A DNA stretch of 64,000 nt. It comes from Octopus bimaculoides. Its lineage: Eukaryota. The position numbers and the translations under genes were made by a program. The stretch covers positions 4,987,106 through 5,051,105 of the forward strand of contig NC_068992.1 of NCBI RefSeq assembly GCF_001194135.2, written 5' to 3'. This document shows positions 39,907 through 53,952 of this stretch, piece by piece. Position 1 is the first letter of the stretch; every line of letters begins with the position of its first letter. The notes under the pieces are model-generated. The model was not told where the DNA came from and searched no databases. It saw only the letters and a list, made by a program, of their open reading frames with translations.

Positions 39907-40689
39907 TAAATATATATATTTGCGTGTGTGCCTGTGCGTGCGCGCGCTCGTATATGTGTGTGTGTGTGTGTGTATGCGTGTGTGTTGAAACTCAGATTTA
40001 GTGTACAAGAAGTATCTGTGCAGATGAATAGTTTTTCAGTGGATGCTGCTTACACTGCACTACCCTCAACTATTGGCCCAAGAAAACCCCGTATGACATG
40101 AAAACTGACAAAATCTCTTGGTGGTCCAAGTCAGATATGCAATCTATGTGGCTGTCTTTTATATATATCCTTTAAATTCGTGTATGTGAAACGTTTTGAA
40201 TAGGCAATTAAAAGCTCCTATACTATTATGCCGGGTACAGCCCAATGATGCCAGCTGGCGATACCAGGTTTTTGGTGTCGCATCGAACTATACCGATATA
40301 ATGTACGATAAATATTGTAATGATAATAATAAGCCTTGGATGGAATTCGAAAATAATTTAATGCATTGCTATGCGCGTTTCCTCAACTTATATATTTCTT
40401 ATGATCGAGGAAGATCTTTAGAAACATGTAATTTGTGGAAACTCCCGTAGCGATGCAGTACAGTATTCATAAATTCCATACTAGGATTATTACTATTAAT
40501 ACTATATGTGTGTGTGTGTGTGCGTATTTTTGTTTGTGTGTGCGTGTGTGCGTGTGTGTGTGTGTGCATGTGTGTGCGTGTGTGTGCGTGTGTGCGTGTA
40601 TGTGTGTGCGTGCTATGACTTACTGGTTTCAATTAGAAGCTGAGCCCATGCTGGAACACAACTTTTCAGTGTTTGGGTTTCTTTTCTGT

Positions 40690-41040
40690 ACAGTTTCTGG
40701 TGAAGTAGTGCGTCGGACGGAACAGGTTTTTCTTCTGTCTCTTGCTACGTTGTGGGTTTGACTGCCATTTCACACAAGTTCTTTGAAGACCTTCCCATAC
40801 ACACCTCACAAATGCTAGAAGCTACTTGGCAGAACGTTGAATAGATGTGGACCTTTGAAATACAAGATAGCACAATACAGTTTTCTTAGTAGTTTCAGAA
40901 CACGGGATCTGTGGTAATATTGAGTGCAGTCCAATACGGTGGTTGGCATAATTTTCAATTCCAATGTTGGGAGCTTCTTATTCCAAGATCTTTTATACGT
41001 ATACCACTGGATAGAGCTTCAATTCACAGCATTTTCCCCA
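40690..41040 (-). pseudogene. Decayed LINE ORF2 C-terminal end (CR1/L2-group-like)
   Basis: YV*KILE*EAPNIGIENYANHRIGLH..PQIP then FKGPHLFNVLP..HL*GV..KVFK resembles the post-RT tail YIWKILEG.VPN.GI..Y.N.R.G..C..P..F.GP.LFN.LP..LR.L.GV....FK; clade not certain. Confidence 0.6.
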
Positions 41041-42618
41041 TCATGTGTCCATTCAAATGGTTGAAGGAATGAAAAAGAAAAATACATACTTAAAATCAAT
41101 CAAATTTATTGATTTGGTACTGCCATGCGTTAATTACCACAGTTTAGGATTTATGGAAATTCTGAACAGTGTTTTGTAGTATCGAAATGTATTTTGTTGT
41201 TCGGTCTGTTATGTCGTATTACTTTCAGTGTGCACTGTGGGTTCAACCACGAAACAGGTTGGTGTTTATGTAATGTTGTTTGATTAGTGTTTTGTTCGAG
41301 ATATATTCTATTGCGCTGTTTTCAGTCTTAATATGGAATGATTACTTTTTTCTTTGGGCCTCTTGTCAATCATGGTTTATAATAAAACATCCAGTATTAT
41401 TTCTCCGTCCATCATTCATTGGCGTGCAGTTTTCATTTTGTTTTCACTGACGCTAGTAATAGGAATTGCAGTTTCTTGTAGTTATTAATCTCTTGAAAGT
41501 ACACTGACATATATATTGCACTTGCTTGAAAGCATAAACGCATGACATTCATACTATGGCATTTCCCATAAATTCTAGACCAGCAACGATTGATTTTATC
41601 CTTGTCGCTACCGCTGTGGTGTGTAGAGTATTATTTTATATTTAGTTTATGTTCTTTGTTTACTCAATTCCTTTCTTACGTGTTTCCCGTATTCACTCTT
41701 GTTTTGGCACAGTAAATATTCCATAAAATCAGATAAGCAAAGACATAATATAAGTATAAAGCATTGTTAATTGTCCATAATCCAGTACTGATTGAGAAGA
41801 GCCGTCACCAAATCATATTTTAGAAGTGATCATTTGGTTTTTCAGAAAAATATTTAAGAGGGCATTGACCAATATACTATTTACCTATCACAGAAGTGAT
41901 GTCGAAACATAAGATAATTCAGCAGCTATTTCTAATTGTTGAGCAGCAACTTACACTGATCTTCGCTGCTTTGTGGATATTAATGTTTAGCCCCAGGATA
42001 ACATTGTTTAAGCACACCTTTGAACGTAAATATTTAGGTGAATGTGACGATAAATACATCACAAAGACGAGGTAAAAATATACAAACAAAATTATTATTT
42101 TGAAGCTCGGGAAATTGGAAAGAAAGGAAATATTTTAAACGTTTCCAATATAATCACTTCTAAAACATGGAACGGAAAGAAATTAGAATGCAAATTTCAT
42201 GAGTATATATACAGGGCTATCCAACGGCATGAGAGAAATAGACAGCTGTGTGTGTGTGTATGCGCGCGCAGACACTTTTACTTATAGTGAATGCATTGCA
42301 CAAAATTTAAATTCATTTTAATAATGTAGTCAGTGACTTGAAATTAATTGGATGTTATTTCTTCGAGATACATTTAGACATTCTATTTGTTCTCTCGGGT
42401 ATAATTGCCGATGTGGAAATTAATACAACTATTTGTTTACTTGATTTTAATTACACTCCCAATCCATTTGTGCTCAGATCTTCCTCGCATCCTTATAATA
42501 GGTCAAATGGGATAAGAGTCTCGCTAAATAAACTGACCAATCTTCGTCATTCTTGACCTTCTGACCATTTATTAATGTATTTCCTCTTCTTCTTTTCTTC
42601 ACTTATTTTCCTTTTTAC

Positions 42619-42634
42619 ACTACTACTACTACTA

Positions 42635-42716
<82 letters not shown>
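42619..42716. repeat. (CTA)n microsatellite grading into (GAT)/(CCA)
   Basis: Directly visible. Confidence 0.95.
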
Positions 42717-42717
<1 letters not shown>

Positions 42718-42829
42718 GATGATGATGATAATAATGCCACTGCAACCACCACCACTACTACTTGTTCCTGCTTGCGTTCCTCGTTTTGTTTTTACATCTT
42801 TTCCATCAATATAATAACAACAAAAGCCT

Positions 42830-43740
42830 AAATGCCGATTACCTGCTGCTGCGAATACGACGTTTCCGACTGTCGGCTGAATCCATTGTCAAGATTGTCC
42901 CACCGCCTTCCTTTGGGGATGGGTAGGACAGACAGTGTTTAACTGTTTGGTAGCGGTGGAGTTTGTGTAGTGGACCTTATCCATCGCTACGGATGCTAGA
43001 TACCTGGAATGTCTTCCCGCGTGACCATTAGTGTCAGCGTAAGCAGTGACACCACCGTAGTAGTGCCGGGGATCTCATAATTGTCAGCACTAGTGCTGGA
43101 CATCTCGCAATAGTCAGATGGGGTTTTCGGCATCTTTTCTCATTGACAGAGCTACAGTCATAGATCAAGCACAGTTTGAGAAAGTGTACTTGGAACCTGA
43201 AATCTTGTCAGATGTCCACATTCTTAAGTCGGGCAATACTATCAGTATAAATTCTATATTCGCGTTCTCCATTTGGTACGAGTATGACCGATAACGTCCT
43301 CAGAGAATCTCTTGCCGTTGGTCTTTTCCAGAGAACTTTTGGGTCGCGCCCGATGAATTATTTCCAGAAATCCCTCTCATAGTTAGGGGACACGTACTCT
43401 GCCAGCTCGGCAATTACATGGCAGCAGGGTGTTGAAACCGTTCTGCATGCGCCTGTATTGTGTCTGAGCATTGCTGCTTTATAAAGCTTTGTCGAACAGT
43501 TATTGTCAAGTGAAGGACAGAAAAGTATATTGGCCGAGTCCATAGTCAAGATCACACAGAAACCTTCTTTCGGCTGGGACGAGAAAGGCTATTTACCTTA
43601 GTCCACAGTCTGCCCCAAAAGAAGTAGTGTGGTTGACAAGGTTGAAAGAATTGAAGACAGACACCTTCATTTTCCGCCTCATCAGCAAAGAAATGTGAGG
43701 GTGGAGTGGGATGTCCTGTCCATCTCCTCATTAATTTTCT
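42830..43740 (+). pseudogene. Decayed LINE 5' region with AP-endonuclease remnant (RTE-like)
   Basis: GC-richer block with APE motifs in the right order after frameshift repair: DTWNV (43002-43013), LDI.AI..VRW (43096-43121), ENFW..DELFPEIPLIV.GD..AQLG (about 43330-43410), TETFFRLGRERLFT (43556-43597). Confidence 0.55.
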
Positions 43741-44880
43741 TTTCAGAAGCACTAAAATAATTATCATTTGTGTAATCCTGCTGATTTAATTTCAAAAAAT
43801 AATATGAATGCAATAGCGTTGAAATAAATGCAGAATCTCTATATACATTAAAAACAGAAAACTGTTTCAAATTTATCCATTAATTTAAATGTTAGCTCGT
43901 CTGAGTATGGGGACATTCTTCGAAAATATGGGCTCTTATCTTATTTCGCCTCAAATGCCACCTAACGCACTGATGATAATCCCTTTGATTAAATTTGTCA
44001 TTTGACAAATCGAAAATGAATTTTAGTATTTGCCAGTTTAACTTTCGAGTAAATTTTGCCAAATAATAATATGAACACCAAACACTTTTGAGACATTTCA
44101 AATATGATTGATCTATGACAAATATGTACATATATATACATAAAGTATCAAGCAATTTTGGAACTACACACAACGAAAATTGATTTAGTCTAAACGCAGA
44201 TTTTTCGGGTATTTTCTATCATTACTTTTTCATTCTTAATATCAGACAACTTAATAAAAATCTATGAAAACAATATTTATTTTTAAATGCATTGTTTTAT
44301 ATTCTAAGTGCTAGGTTTGAGATATTTGATAAATAGATTTGTCAGAGATACATACAAGTGTGGACTGGTTTAGAGCGAAATGCAGAGCTATATTTGTTTT
44401 GTAACTTTCATAACGTGATGGTTCAAAGAGGAACGAAACAATTATTCATTCATTTATTTATATTCAACATAAATATTATATTATAAACATACGCGCGTTC
44501 TAAAAATTGATCTTGTTATATCTTTGGGTATTTCTTAAAATGATCATTATAGTTCATACAAATATAGTTCATATATATTTGTAAGTCAAAAAATATTTTC
44601 TACAACGAATTACCAATAAAAAGAACGTAGCTAAAATGTCCCCGTTGTTATGCTTCAGTAATACATTAATTTTTATAAAACAAACTGTTTTACATAGACC
44701 ATTTCATATTTCCCAAAAATCATTAGAGGATTGCATTGTAAAAATCTTCAGCCATACTATTTTAAGTCTAGAAAATATCTACGCTCACCGCACCAATATT
44801 TTGATTTAAAATTCAATTTAATATTTAGAAAAAAAACTTTAAATGATTTGTCTCTAATTCACTGTATACACACACATGCA

Positions 44881-44912
<32 letters not shown>

Positions 44913-44914
<2 letters not shown>

Positions 44915-45097
44915 GGAGTAAGCACATGAAATGTGCAACAAGGTGGAAAAAAGAGTACTCAAATACCAGAGGTAGAGTAATATGCTTTATTTAAAAGCAG
45001 CAGAAATATAACAAAAAACCGTTACTCTGAGTTTCACGTTCCCGTTCAACTCAGAGTAACGGTTTTTTTGTTATATTTCTGCTGCTTTTAAATAAAG
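44913..45097. mobile_element. Short non-coding element with terminal palindrome, embedded in (TA)n
   Basis: 44985-45033 pairs with 45048-45097 (one extra T), 14-nt loop; (TA)n on both sides. Confidence 0.8.
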
Positions 45098-45128
<31 letters not shown>

Positions 45129-45214
45129 CAAAATAGGCTTGTGTACCATGTCGTTAAACATATTGGCCGGCATGCTAAATATTCAACCAGCTCGGCGCTT
45201 TATTTGCTTTTAAT

Positions 45215-45375
45215 ATCAATTTCAAATTTTGGCACATGGCCAATAAACCAAGGGTTTACATCGACTCCTGTTTTCAAGTGCTACTTATTTTATCGTCCTC
45301 GAAAAGATAAAAAGCCAAGTCGACCCCTAGGGATTTAAACACAGAACAGAAGGACAAACTAAATACATTTTGCAC
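45215..45375 (-). mobile_element. Diverged SINE family A
   Basis: ttcaaattttggcacatggcc..ttacatcgactcc..tacttattttatcgtcctcgaaaagataaaaagccaagtcgacc..ggatttaaacacagaac. Confidence 0.7.
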
Positions 45376-45894
45376 GGCACGGAAATAAATGTGTGGGGCC
45401 GACGTCATGTATGTGTTTAATAATAACATCGTCAACATAGACGTTTCAAGAATGCAACTCGGAATATAACTCAGAGAGAAGACAAGAAATGTAAACACGA
45501 GGGAGACGGTTTCAAAATCGAGAAAAGCTGAAGAGAAACATTTCAAAGAAAATGTTATAACTGTACCGAAGGAAATGACACTTTACCTGATAGCTCCCCA
45601 GAATTGTGATCCATACAAGAATATATGGCAGGAGAAAATTTCCATATAACCACAAATATGGTTATTTTATCAACTTCATGCCGACACGCAGACATGTGTC
45701 TGTAGACAAACACAGATATATACGTACATATATGCCTATATACATATATACATACATACATATATACATGCATGCATACACACACACGCACACACACACA
45801 TACACACACACACACACACACATATATATATTGATAAATAGATATATATTTAATTGTATATTGATATATATACACGTACATGTATAATTATATA

Positions 45895-46120
45895 NNNNNN
45901 NNNNNNNNNNNNNNNNNNNNNNNNNNNNNNNNNNNNNNNNNNNNNNNNNNNNNNNNNNNNNNNNNNNNNNNNNNNNNNNNNNNNNNNNNNNNNNNNNNNN
46001 NNNNNNNNNNNNNNNNNNNNNNNNNNNNNNNNNNNNNNNNNNNNNNNNNNNNNNNNNNNNNNNNNNNNNNNNNNNNNNNNNNNNNNNNNNNNNNNNNNNN
46101 NNNNNNNNNNNNNNNNNNNN
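45895..46120. other. Assembly gap
   Basis: N characters. Confidence 1.
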
Positions 46121-46582
46121 GTACGATTTTATGCAATGGTAAGTAACTATGTGTGAGGAGAAAAAAAACTTTTCACTCTTATGAAATAAATTATCTGGCA
46201 AAAAATCATTTGAAATATCAGTGAGAAGGAGAAAAAAAATAACGTCTTCTATCGAATTATGATGTATCAGAATTAACCTTTAATATATCAAAATAATGCC
46301 AAACGCATTTCGATGAGGGAGATAAATTTATTGCTTTCCGTTCATTGATATTTTGTGTTCACGTTTGCAAGTCTATTTTGGAGCCTTATTGATATGATTA
46401 TGATTCGTAGTGAGTTGCAGTGAAAAATATAATCAACGAAGAAATCTGGCAACAAGTTTTTGGAATAGAAAAATTCGGAATCTAATATAAAATACTTGGT
46501 ATTGCACATTTTATTTTTGTCCAAGAGGATGTATTATTTGCAGTATGTAAATGAGAGATGTTTTAATATACCAATGTATTAA

Positions 46583-46798
46583 GGCGGTTAGCTGGTAAAA
46601 ACGTTAGCACGCGAGGCGAAATATTTAGCAGTATTTCGTCACTCTTTACGTTCTGAGTTCACGTTCCGCCGAGGACGACTTTGCCTTTCATTCTTTCGGG
46701 GTCGACAAAATTAAGTACCAGTTGCGTACTGGGGTAGATCTAGTCGATTGTCCCCATCTCCTAAAATTTCGGGTCTTGTGCTTAGAGTAGAAAAGAAT
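46583..46798 (+). mobile_element. tRNA-derived SINE family A, best-preserved copy (~215 bp)
   Basis: A box-like tagctggtaaaaacg, B box-like gagttcacgttcc, body cctttcattctttcggggtcgacaaaattaagtaccagttgcgtactggggtagat, tail cttgtgcttagagtagaaaagaat; multiple homologues in the window. Confidence 0.9.
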
Positions 46799-47220
46799 AT
46801 ACAAATATAGTGTATAAGAATGAAATATGTTGGCTCTCTATACACTACATTTAGTACATGACACAATCATATGAACATATGTGCATGTACATACATGCGT
46901 GTATGTGTGTGCTTGTGTGGGTGCTTATGTATATATTCTTGCCCGTGAGAGAGCGTGCACAGCACTAAATATGCGTATCATTGTATAAAGTGTCCGTTAT
47001 ATATATTTTTTTAATTTGTTAAATATACTGAAGTGTTTAAGGAAAAAACATGCTCATATTTATGCATTACTTGTATTTTATTTGTATACTTACGAAAATA
47101 TACGCGTATAAAATTATCTAATGCTACTTCATTAATTTTGTTGTGTCGACGCCTCTAGGCGAAGAAGTAGAATTTCTCAAAACATATAAATAGAGGTAGT
47201 CTGGCCGTGGTAGGTGTGTT

Positions 47221-47286
47221 GAGTAGCAGTCGAATAGCTGTTGAGTAGCGGTCGAGTAGCAGTTGTGTAGCGATTGAGTAGAGATC
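47221..47286 (+). repeat. 11-bp-unit minisatellite (GAGTAGCAGTC-like) x6
   Basis: gagtagcagtc/gaatagctgtt/gagtagcggtc/gagtagcagtt/gtgtagcgatt/gagtagagatc. Confidence 0.85.
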
Positions 47287-47936
47287 ATCCGAAGGTACTA
47301 TATAGCAGTAGCTTCAGACATAACAAATTTATTAAATACATTTCCTTTTCCATTGAATATATTTATGCAAGGTTCAAGCAGAGACATTTTGATGTTATAG
47401 CAGTGAAGTTTTTTTTTATAAAGAATACATTAGTTCAGTGTCTCAATACTGGATGAAGCATTACGTTCAGTGCATTGAAGTTATTTGCACGATTCCGATA
47501 GTTGCTATACATCTGGATATGTCCATGTGCAGCTGTATAGAAAGTATCGGATTCATGTAAATCGCCTCTAAATGACAGGAAAGTGTATATCATTTTGCAA
47601 AATACATAAATGATTGGAGGGATACGATTTTGTCTTGCAGTCTAGGACTACATACACTCATTCGTTTTTATATTTAAGCAGTATTGTTAACTATACGGTC
47701 CAATTTCGCTTGTCAACAAACATGTTGAAATATGAGTTGTAATATAGAAAATGAAACCATGTATACATCAAGAAGATGTAGAATGTCTAAGGATGTAGGT
47801 TTGATTCTCGATGTGAGTATCTGATCTGAAAGACTTCATACGGAAGCCATCTTCGAAACACACGCATACACACATATATATATTCAGGCATACTCACATT
47901 CATACATACCCGCACACATATGTATGTATGTACGTA

Positions 47937-47980
<44 letters not shown>

Positions 47981-47990
47981 NNNNNNNNNN
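47981..47990. other. 10-N gap between (TA)n and (CA)n
   Basis: N characters. Confidence 1.
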
Positions 47991-48093
<103 letters not shown>

Positions 48094-48619
48094 CATGCAT
48101 ACGTACATATATACATAAGTATATAGATGTACATTCAATCATAATTAAATACATGCATACATGAATACTCATACATACATACGGAGAGACAGACAGAGAC
48201 AGACAGACAGACACACACACATACATACACACGAATGTCGAATACATTTCCCCAGTACCATCTGAACACCTTTTGCTTATTCCCAAAATCTAGAAAACAT
48301 TTTGTAATATCAAAAATACTAACACAATAAACACAGTAAAATATTATTGTTTTTTTAAATAAAGGGATTTATTACATTCGTTTCTGTAAGGGGAATGAAT
48401 ATCTAGAAGGAATAATATATACTTGCTTTTGTATGCCTGGGTGAGCATATGCATTATGCTGGATTACCGGATACTATGTATATAAACTCTTACTACTTTA
48501 TAATGAATGGGCATCACAAATCAATGTTGAAAATTTCGTGAGGAAATGTTTCATGAGGAAGTCTATGTAAAACTTGTTTTAGAGAAATAAATAATCAGAG
48601 GGTATATATATATATATAT

Positions 48620-48818
48620 NNNNNNNNNNNNNNNNNNNNNNNNNNNNNNNNNNNNNNNNNNNNNNNNNNNNNNNNNNNNNNNNNNNNNNNNNNNNNNNNN
48701 NNNNNNNNNNNNNNNNNNNNNNNNNNNNNNNNNNNNNNNNNNNNNNNNNNNNNNNNNNNNNNNNNNNNNNNNNNNNNNNNNNNNNNNNNNNNNNNNNNNN
48801 NNNNNNNNNNNNNNNNNN
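48620..48818. other. Assembly gap within (TA)n
   Basis: N characters. Confidence 1.
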
Positions 48819-49581
48819 TATATATATATATATATATATATATGACTGATGTTGGGGAATATATGAGTAAAATAATCGATATTGTTATACGTGGTAAACA
48901 TAAGAAACACAGAAAGAAATATTTCTTGTGAAAAATAAAAACGAGAAAGACAAATAACACCATCTCCTCGAGTAAGTCCGATAGGTTTGATTTTTCATGC
49001 ATCATTCGCTACTTTAACACATAAATTCGTATGGATATGTGAGTGAGATTCTGGGTGTGAGTCTGCATGTTTTATTTTGTGTGATTGTTGATGCAAGCGA
49101 AGAAAGATAGATATTCTTTTACACACACGCGCACACTATTACACACACACACACACACACACTGTTACACATACACACACATATAGGAGCATAACCACAT
49201 ATATTATATAAATATAATTATTTTCGCGTTAGTTCTAGATATATTCTGGTATACTGAGGAAAATTTATTATTCGTGGATATGCAAAGGCACATGTTTATA
49301 TTTGCATAAGTCTACATCCCCATGAACATATATATGCACTCTCACACTGAAACATGTATATCGGTGTAGAACTGAGAAAGGGCAGAAACATTTCTGTATC
49401 GAGAACACAGACATATGCCTGCTCAAAATTAATACGCACAAATATCACTTTAATTTCCAACGTAAACAAATATAAACTCAACATTTATCTATGCCCATAG
49501 ATTAACGCAGCGTTAGGAAAGCATAAATATCTATCATTCTCCAACAAAATAATATTTAATATTTAACAACGCAGAAAATAC

Positions 49582-49730
49582 TGTATGGTAAGAGACTTGT
49601 TTCCCAACCACATGGTCCTAAGTTCCGTCCCACTGAGTAGCACTTTGGGCAAGCTTCTTCTACTATAGTCTCGGGCCAACCAAAGCCTTGTGAGTGGATT
49701 TGGCAGACTGAAACTGAAAGAATCTCCTTG
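49582..49730 (+). mobile_element. SINE family B, 5' head only
   Basis: cccaaccacatggtcc..gttccgtcccactg..gcactttgggcaag..ctatagtctcgggccaaccaaagccttgtgagtggatttggcagactgaaactgaaagaa. Confidence 0.85.
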
Positions 49731-50569
49731 TATGTATTAGGGTGGCAAATACGTTCCCACGGTTTTTTAAATTTAAAGTTTTTTAAAACGTTTACTCCTC
49801 TAAAAGGAGTAATATTACTGCAAGTGTAGGGCGTTCTTGCTTGTTGTTGTTGAAAAAAAAACCTTGTGTGCCATGAGATGAGAACGAGCACGAATTTTCA
49901 AAACAGTGGTATCACTGAAGCAATGGGAATGCAAGAGTAAAATATTGGATATGAACACAGAATTATGAGGTCAAATGAAAGAGGATCAAGGAAAAATTGC
50001 ACATGATATGGAGAAACATATTCAAACTCGATTAAATCTAGAATCTGAATTTGAAATATTCTACATAGCTTCTTCGTGATCTGCTGGGATGGCTCGCTTA
50101 ATGATATATTTAAGCAACATGCGTAAAGAGAAGATATTATTGAAATTAGTCATTATTCATTAACCCCAATTTATACATTTTTTTTAAAATTCAAAATTAT
50201 AAAATTAGACGTTAGTGTGGGAAAAATTATACTTCGAATCTAAGACAGAGAAGAATATTGATCGTTGAACACCTAAAATTATCCAGATATTTTATGAGCC
50301 TCCTCAATTACAATCAGGTCAATTTGAGGAACAATTTATTGTAAAAAAAAAGTACATCACCTTAATACATTTCAAATTCTCTCGACGTCAACAGCAACAA
50401 CAACACTGATGATTTAACTGAACGAAATTGTGATTCAATACTTGTAATGTAATTCTGTGAAACAGGTAGGAAAGAAATTACGTAAAATCAGAAATTATTC
50501 ATTTTATCCATTCGAAATATTATTGCTAATAAAAACAGAGAACACCAACAACATCAACAACAACAAGAG

Positions 50570-50609
50570 CAATAATAATAATAATTATACTACTACTACT
50601 ACCACTAAC

Positions 50610-50685
<76 letters not shown>

Positions 50686-50708
50686 TTAATAATGATAATA
50701 ATAATAAT

Positions 50709-50768
<60 letters not shown>
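50570..50768. repeat. Long (AAT)n microsatellite
   Basis: Directly visible. Confidence 0.96.
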
Positions 50769-50770
<2 letters not shown>

Positions 50771-51499
50771 GATCGTATAGGTGTATTGAGAACCCAGTCG
50801 AAAAAGCCCAAATAGATATAGCAGATCGAACCGCAAAATGTGCAAAACAAGCAATGATAGGGACAAAAACGTGAAATAATATATTGTGAAACCCCTAAGC
50901 AAAAATAATAGCAAAATAATAAACAAGATAGTAGGAATGGAAAAATCTCTTTCAGAAAAGGGAATATATCGAATAATAATAATGCTAAAGAGAGTAATAA
51001 TATAAGCTTTGTGGAAAACAACTCGTGAAATGAAATGGCATTACATTGCCAAACCTACCCCGTATAATAATAGAAACTTTCCAAGAAATAATAATTCGAG
51101 TACTACAACTCTCAGATTCTTCCAGGAACTAAGGCTAACGAGGGGTCAGATATGAAATAGACTTTATTGCCTTATCAAGTTTTAACATAGACCCATCACC
51201 TGTATTTTGTATCTTAAACATAGTAGAGTAATGAAATGAGCTTGCCGCAAATAAATAAACTTAGTTAACCTCGGACCACAATTGTAAAATGACCCTAAAG
51301 GAAGGTGCATAGCAGAATATAATGGGTTGCATACGCAAATTCTGATACTGTGTGCAGCGGAAACATGTGTCGGTAATTTTAACTAATTAATCACGGTGTA
51401 TAACTAACGGTTTAATTCAAAAATAAGTTAATTGAAGACACACATCCGTATGCTTTGTAATACTGGTGGAATTTACACTCGTCAAAATGTTCAAAACAC

Positions 51500-52091
51500 A
51501 GAGAAACGAACTCGGATGTAACCATCAGATGAATTTCAGCAGGAGTGTTTTATACTGCAACTGAAACGCGCGTGTTTTCTTTTTCAGCTGAAAGCAGTTT
51601 TGGCACAAAATTGGCAGACACGCGTCTCATACCCAAGTCGTTAGTGATAATGTACCGAACTGAACTTTAACTAATCTGCATATCCTCTGATAAGTCACTG
51701 ATAATGATTGGACGTCTTCACCTCACACCTGCACGCACATCGGAACGTTCGTCAATATCGACATTCTTCCGGCCAACTTGGAAACGTCTGAGCAACTCGT
51801 ACAATTGTGTGCGAAACATATACTTCTCTCAGTACACTTTGTGCAACTTTGCTTAGGCTTCTGAGCATGTATAGTCATGAAGACTTTCTTTGTCATGATC
51901 AGTGCAACGATCACACGCTACAAACCTTCATTCCAAGCATTGGTGTAAACAGCAGAAGTGAGCAGGTACGTTGAAACGTCATGCGTTTTTACACAAGCGT
52001 TTACGGTCACACTGTGCTAAACGGTTTACTCTTCGTGCTTTAGCTTCGTTACTATGTCAACGCTCCTGATACTTATTGATCATACCTCGTA
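51500..52091 (-). mobile_element. Mariner transposon 5' remnant: TIR plus HTH region of transposase
   Basis: Minus end TA-CGAGGTATGATCAATAAGTATCAGGAG (52091-52063) is mariner TIR-like with TA. Translation AKLHKVY*EKYMFRTQLYELLRRFQVGRKNVDIDERS..ISDLSEDMQIS*SSVRYIITNDLGMRRVSANFVPKLLSAE has the mariner N-terminal and WVPRxL-equivalent motifs; the catalytic region is absent. Confidence 0.88.
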
Positions 52092-52813
52092 CATACATAC
52101 ACACCTACATACATACATATCTTCATACTTACATGCATACGTACATAGTTACACATACATACGTACACACATACATATTATCATCTGTCAGTAACACTTA
52201 TCTGTAATACACATTTAGAGACAGCAGTAACACATATGAATAAAATCCTGTTAAACACAATGAGAGAATATTAGTATGAGCTATATTCTTGATAATTGAG
52301 GCAAGATAATAAATATAATATAATTTCAAAATGCATCTTAAGTAGTTTTAATGTATATGACATTAGGTTATCCGAAACTAGATATTCTAAACAGCTAATC
52401 ATTATTTATGCATATTTGTTTTTATACCCATTTTATTTTAATTATATAACAATTTCCATATCATTTCAGTTACCAAATGATATCCGATGACATGTTAATT
52501 CGTTACATGAATACATATAGCTAAAAGTTGAAAATATATGATACTATCACGTTCAGAATATTGAGTGTAATTAATGTTTATCTTTACACTATATATTTCA
52601 TATATTCATAAGGTGTTATATTTCCTCTGAATCGTAATTGCTGCTATATGAAATAATACGCACTTGCGCACACACACGCACACATCGCGTGCACACTCAC
52701 TCATACGCAAACACGCACACACATGTGTATAGAAATAGACATTTATATCTATCTTTCTATCTATGTGTTTATGAATACGTATATTCTATGAGTATATATA
52801 TATATATATATAT

Positions 52814-53555
52814 NNNNNNNNNNNNNNNNNNNNNNNNNNNNNNNNNNNNNNNNNNNNNNNNNNNNNNNNNNNNNNNNNNNNNNNNNNNNNNNNNNNNNNN
52901 NNNNNNNNNNNNNNNNNNNNNNNNNNNNNNNNNNNNNNNNNNNNNNNNNNNNNNNNNNNNNNNNNNNNNNNNNNNNNNNNNNNNNNNNNNNNNNNNNNNN
53001 NNNNNNNNNNNNNNNNNNNNNNNNNNNNNNNNNNNNNNNNNNNNNNNNNNNNNNNNNNNNNNNNNNNNNNNNNNNNNNNNNNNNNNNNNNNNNNNNNNNN
53101 NNNNNNNNNNNNNNNNNNNNNNNNNNNNNNNNNNNNNNNNNNNNNNNNNNNNNNNNNNNNNNNNNNNNNNNNNNNNNNNNNNNNNNNNNNNNNNNNNNNN
53201 NNNNNNNNNNNNNNNNNNNNNNNNNNNNNNNNNNNNNNNNNNNNNNNNNNNNNNNNNNNNNNNNNNNNNNNNNNNNNNNNNNNNNNNNNNNNNNNNNNNN
53301 NNNNNNNNNNNNNNNNNNNNNNNNNNNNNNNNNNNNNNNNNNNNNNNNNNNNNNNNNNNNNNNNNNNNNNNNNNNNNNNNNNNNNNNNNNNNNNNNNNNN
53401 NNNNNNNNNNNNNNNNNNNNNNNNNNNNNNNNNNNNNNNNNNNNNNNNNNNNNNNNNNNNNNNNNNNNNNNNNNNNNNNNNNNNNNNNNNNNNNNNNNNN
53501 NNNNNNNNNNNNNNNNNNNNNNNNNNNNNNNNNNNNNNNNNNNNNNNNNNNNNNN
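52814..53555. other. Assembly gap within (TA)n
   Basis: N characters. Confidence 1.
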
Positions 53556-53644
<89 letters not shown>

Positions 53645-53952
53645 ATGTGTGTCTGTACATACCTATATGTATATATAATCACATATGTAAACACTGTCTA
53701 CCGAAATTTGTTACGTCAATATAGACACATTTTAATAGCCTGAGTAAATATTTGCCACTTTATAAGCAAATATAAATATTACAGAAATGGTTTACTTGTT
53801 CAGTATAATTATTGTTATGCAACTTGTATTACTTAAATTTAGTGCAAGATAAATGTGATAGGTATTGAAACTTCTGTCTGAGTCGAGCCCACATGATAGA
53901 CTACCAAGCAGGTGTTCAATGTTATGATATACATATACATACATGTATGTAT

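Noticed and set aside
41100-41620. Weak PLE endonuclease-like words on the minus strand
   Set aside because: Motifs are incomplete and out of frame; similarity is within chance for AT-rich DNA.
47221-47286. CRISPR-like array
   Set aside because: Contiguous 11-bp units without spacers, in a eukaryotic context.
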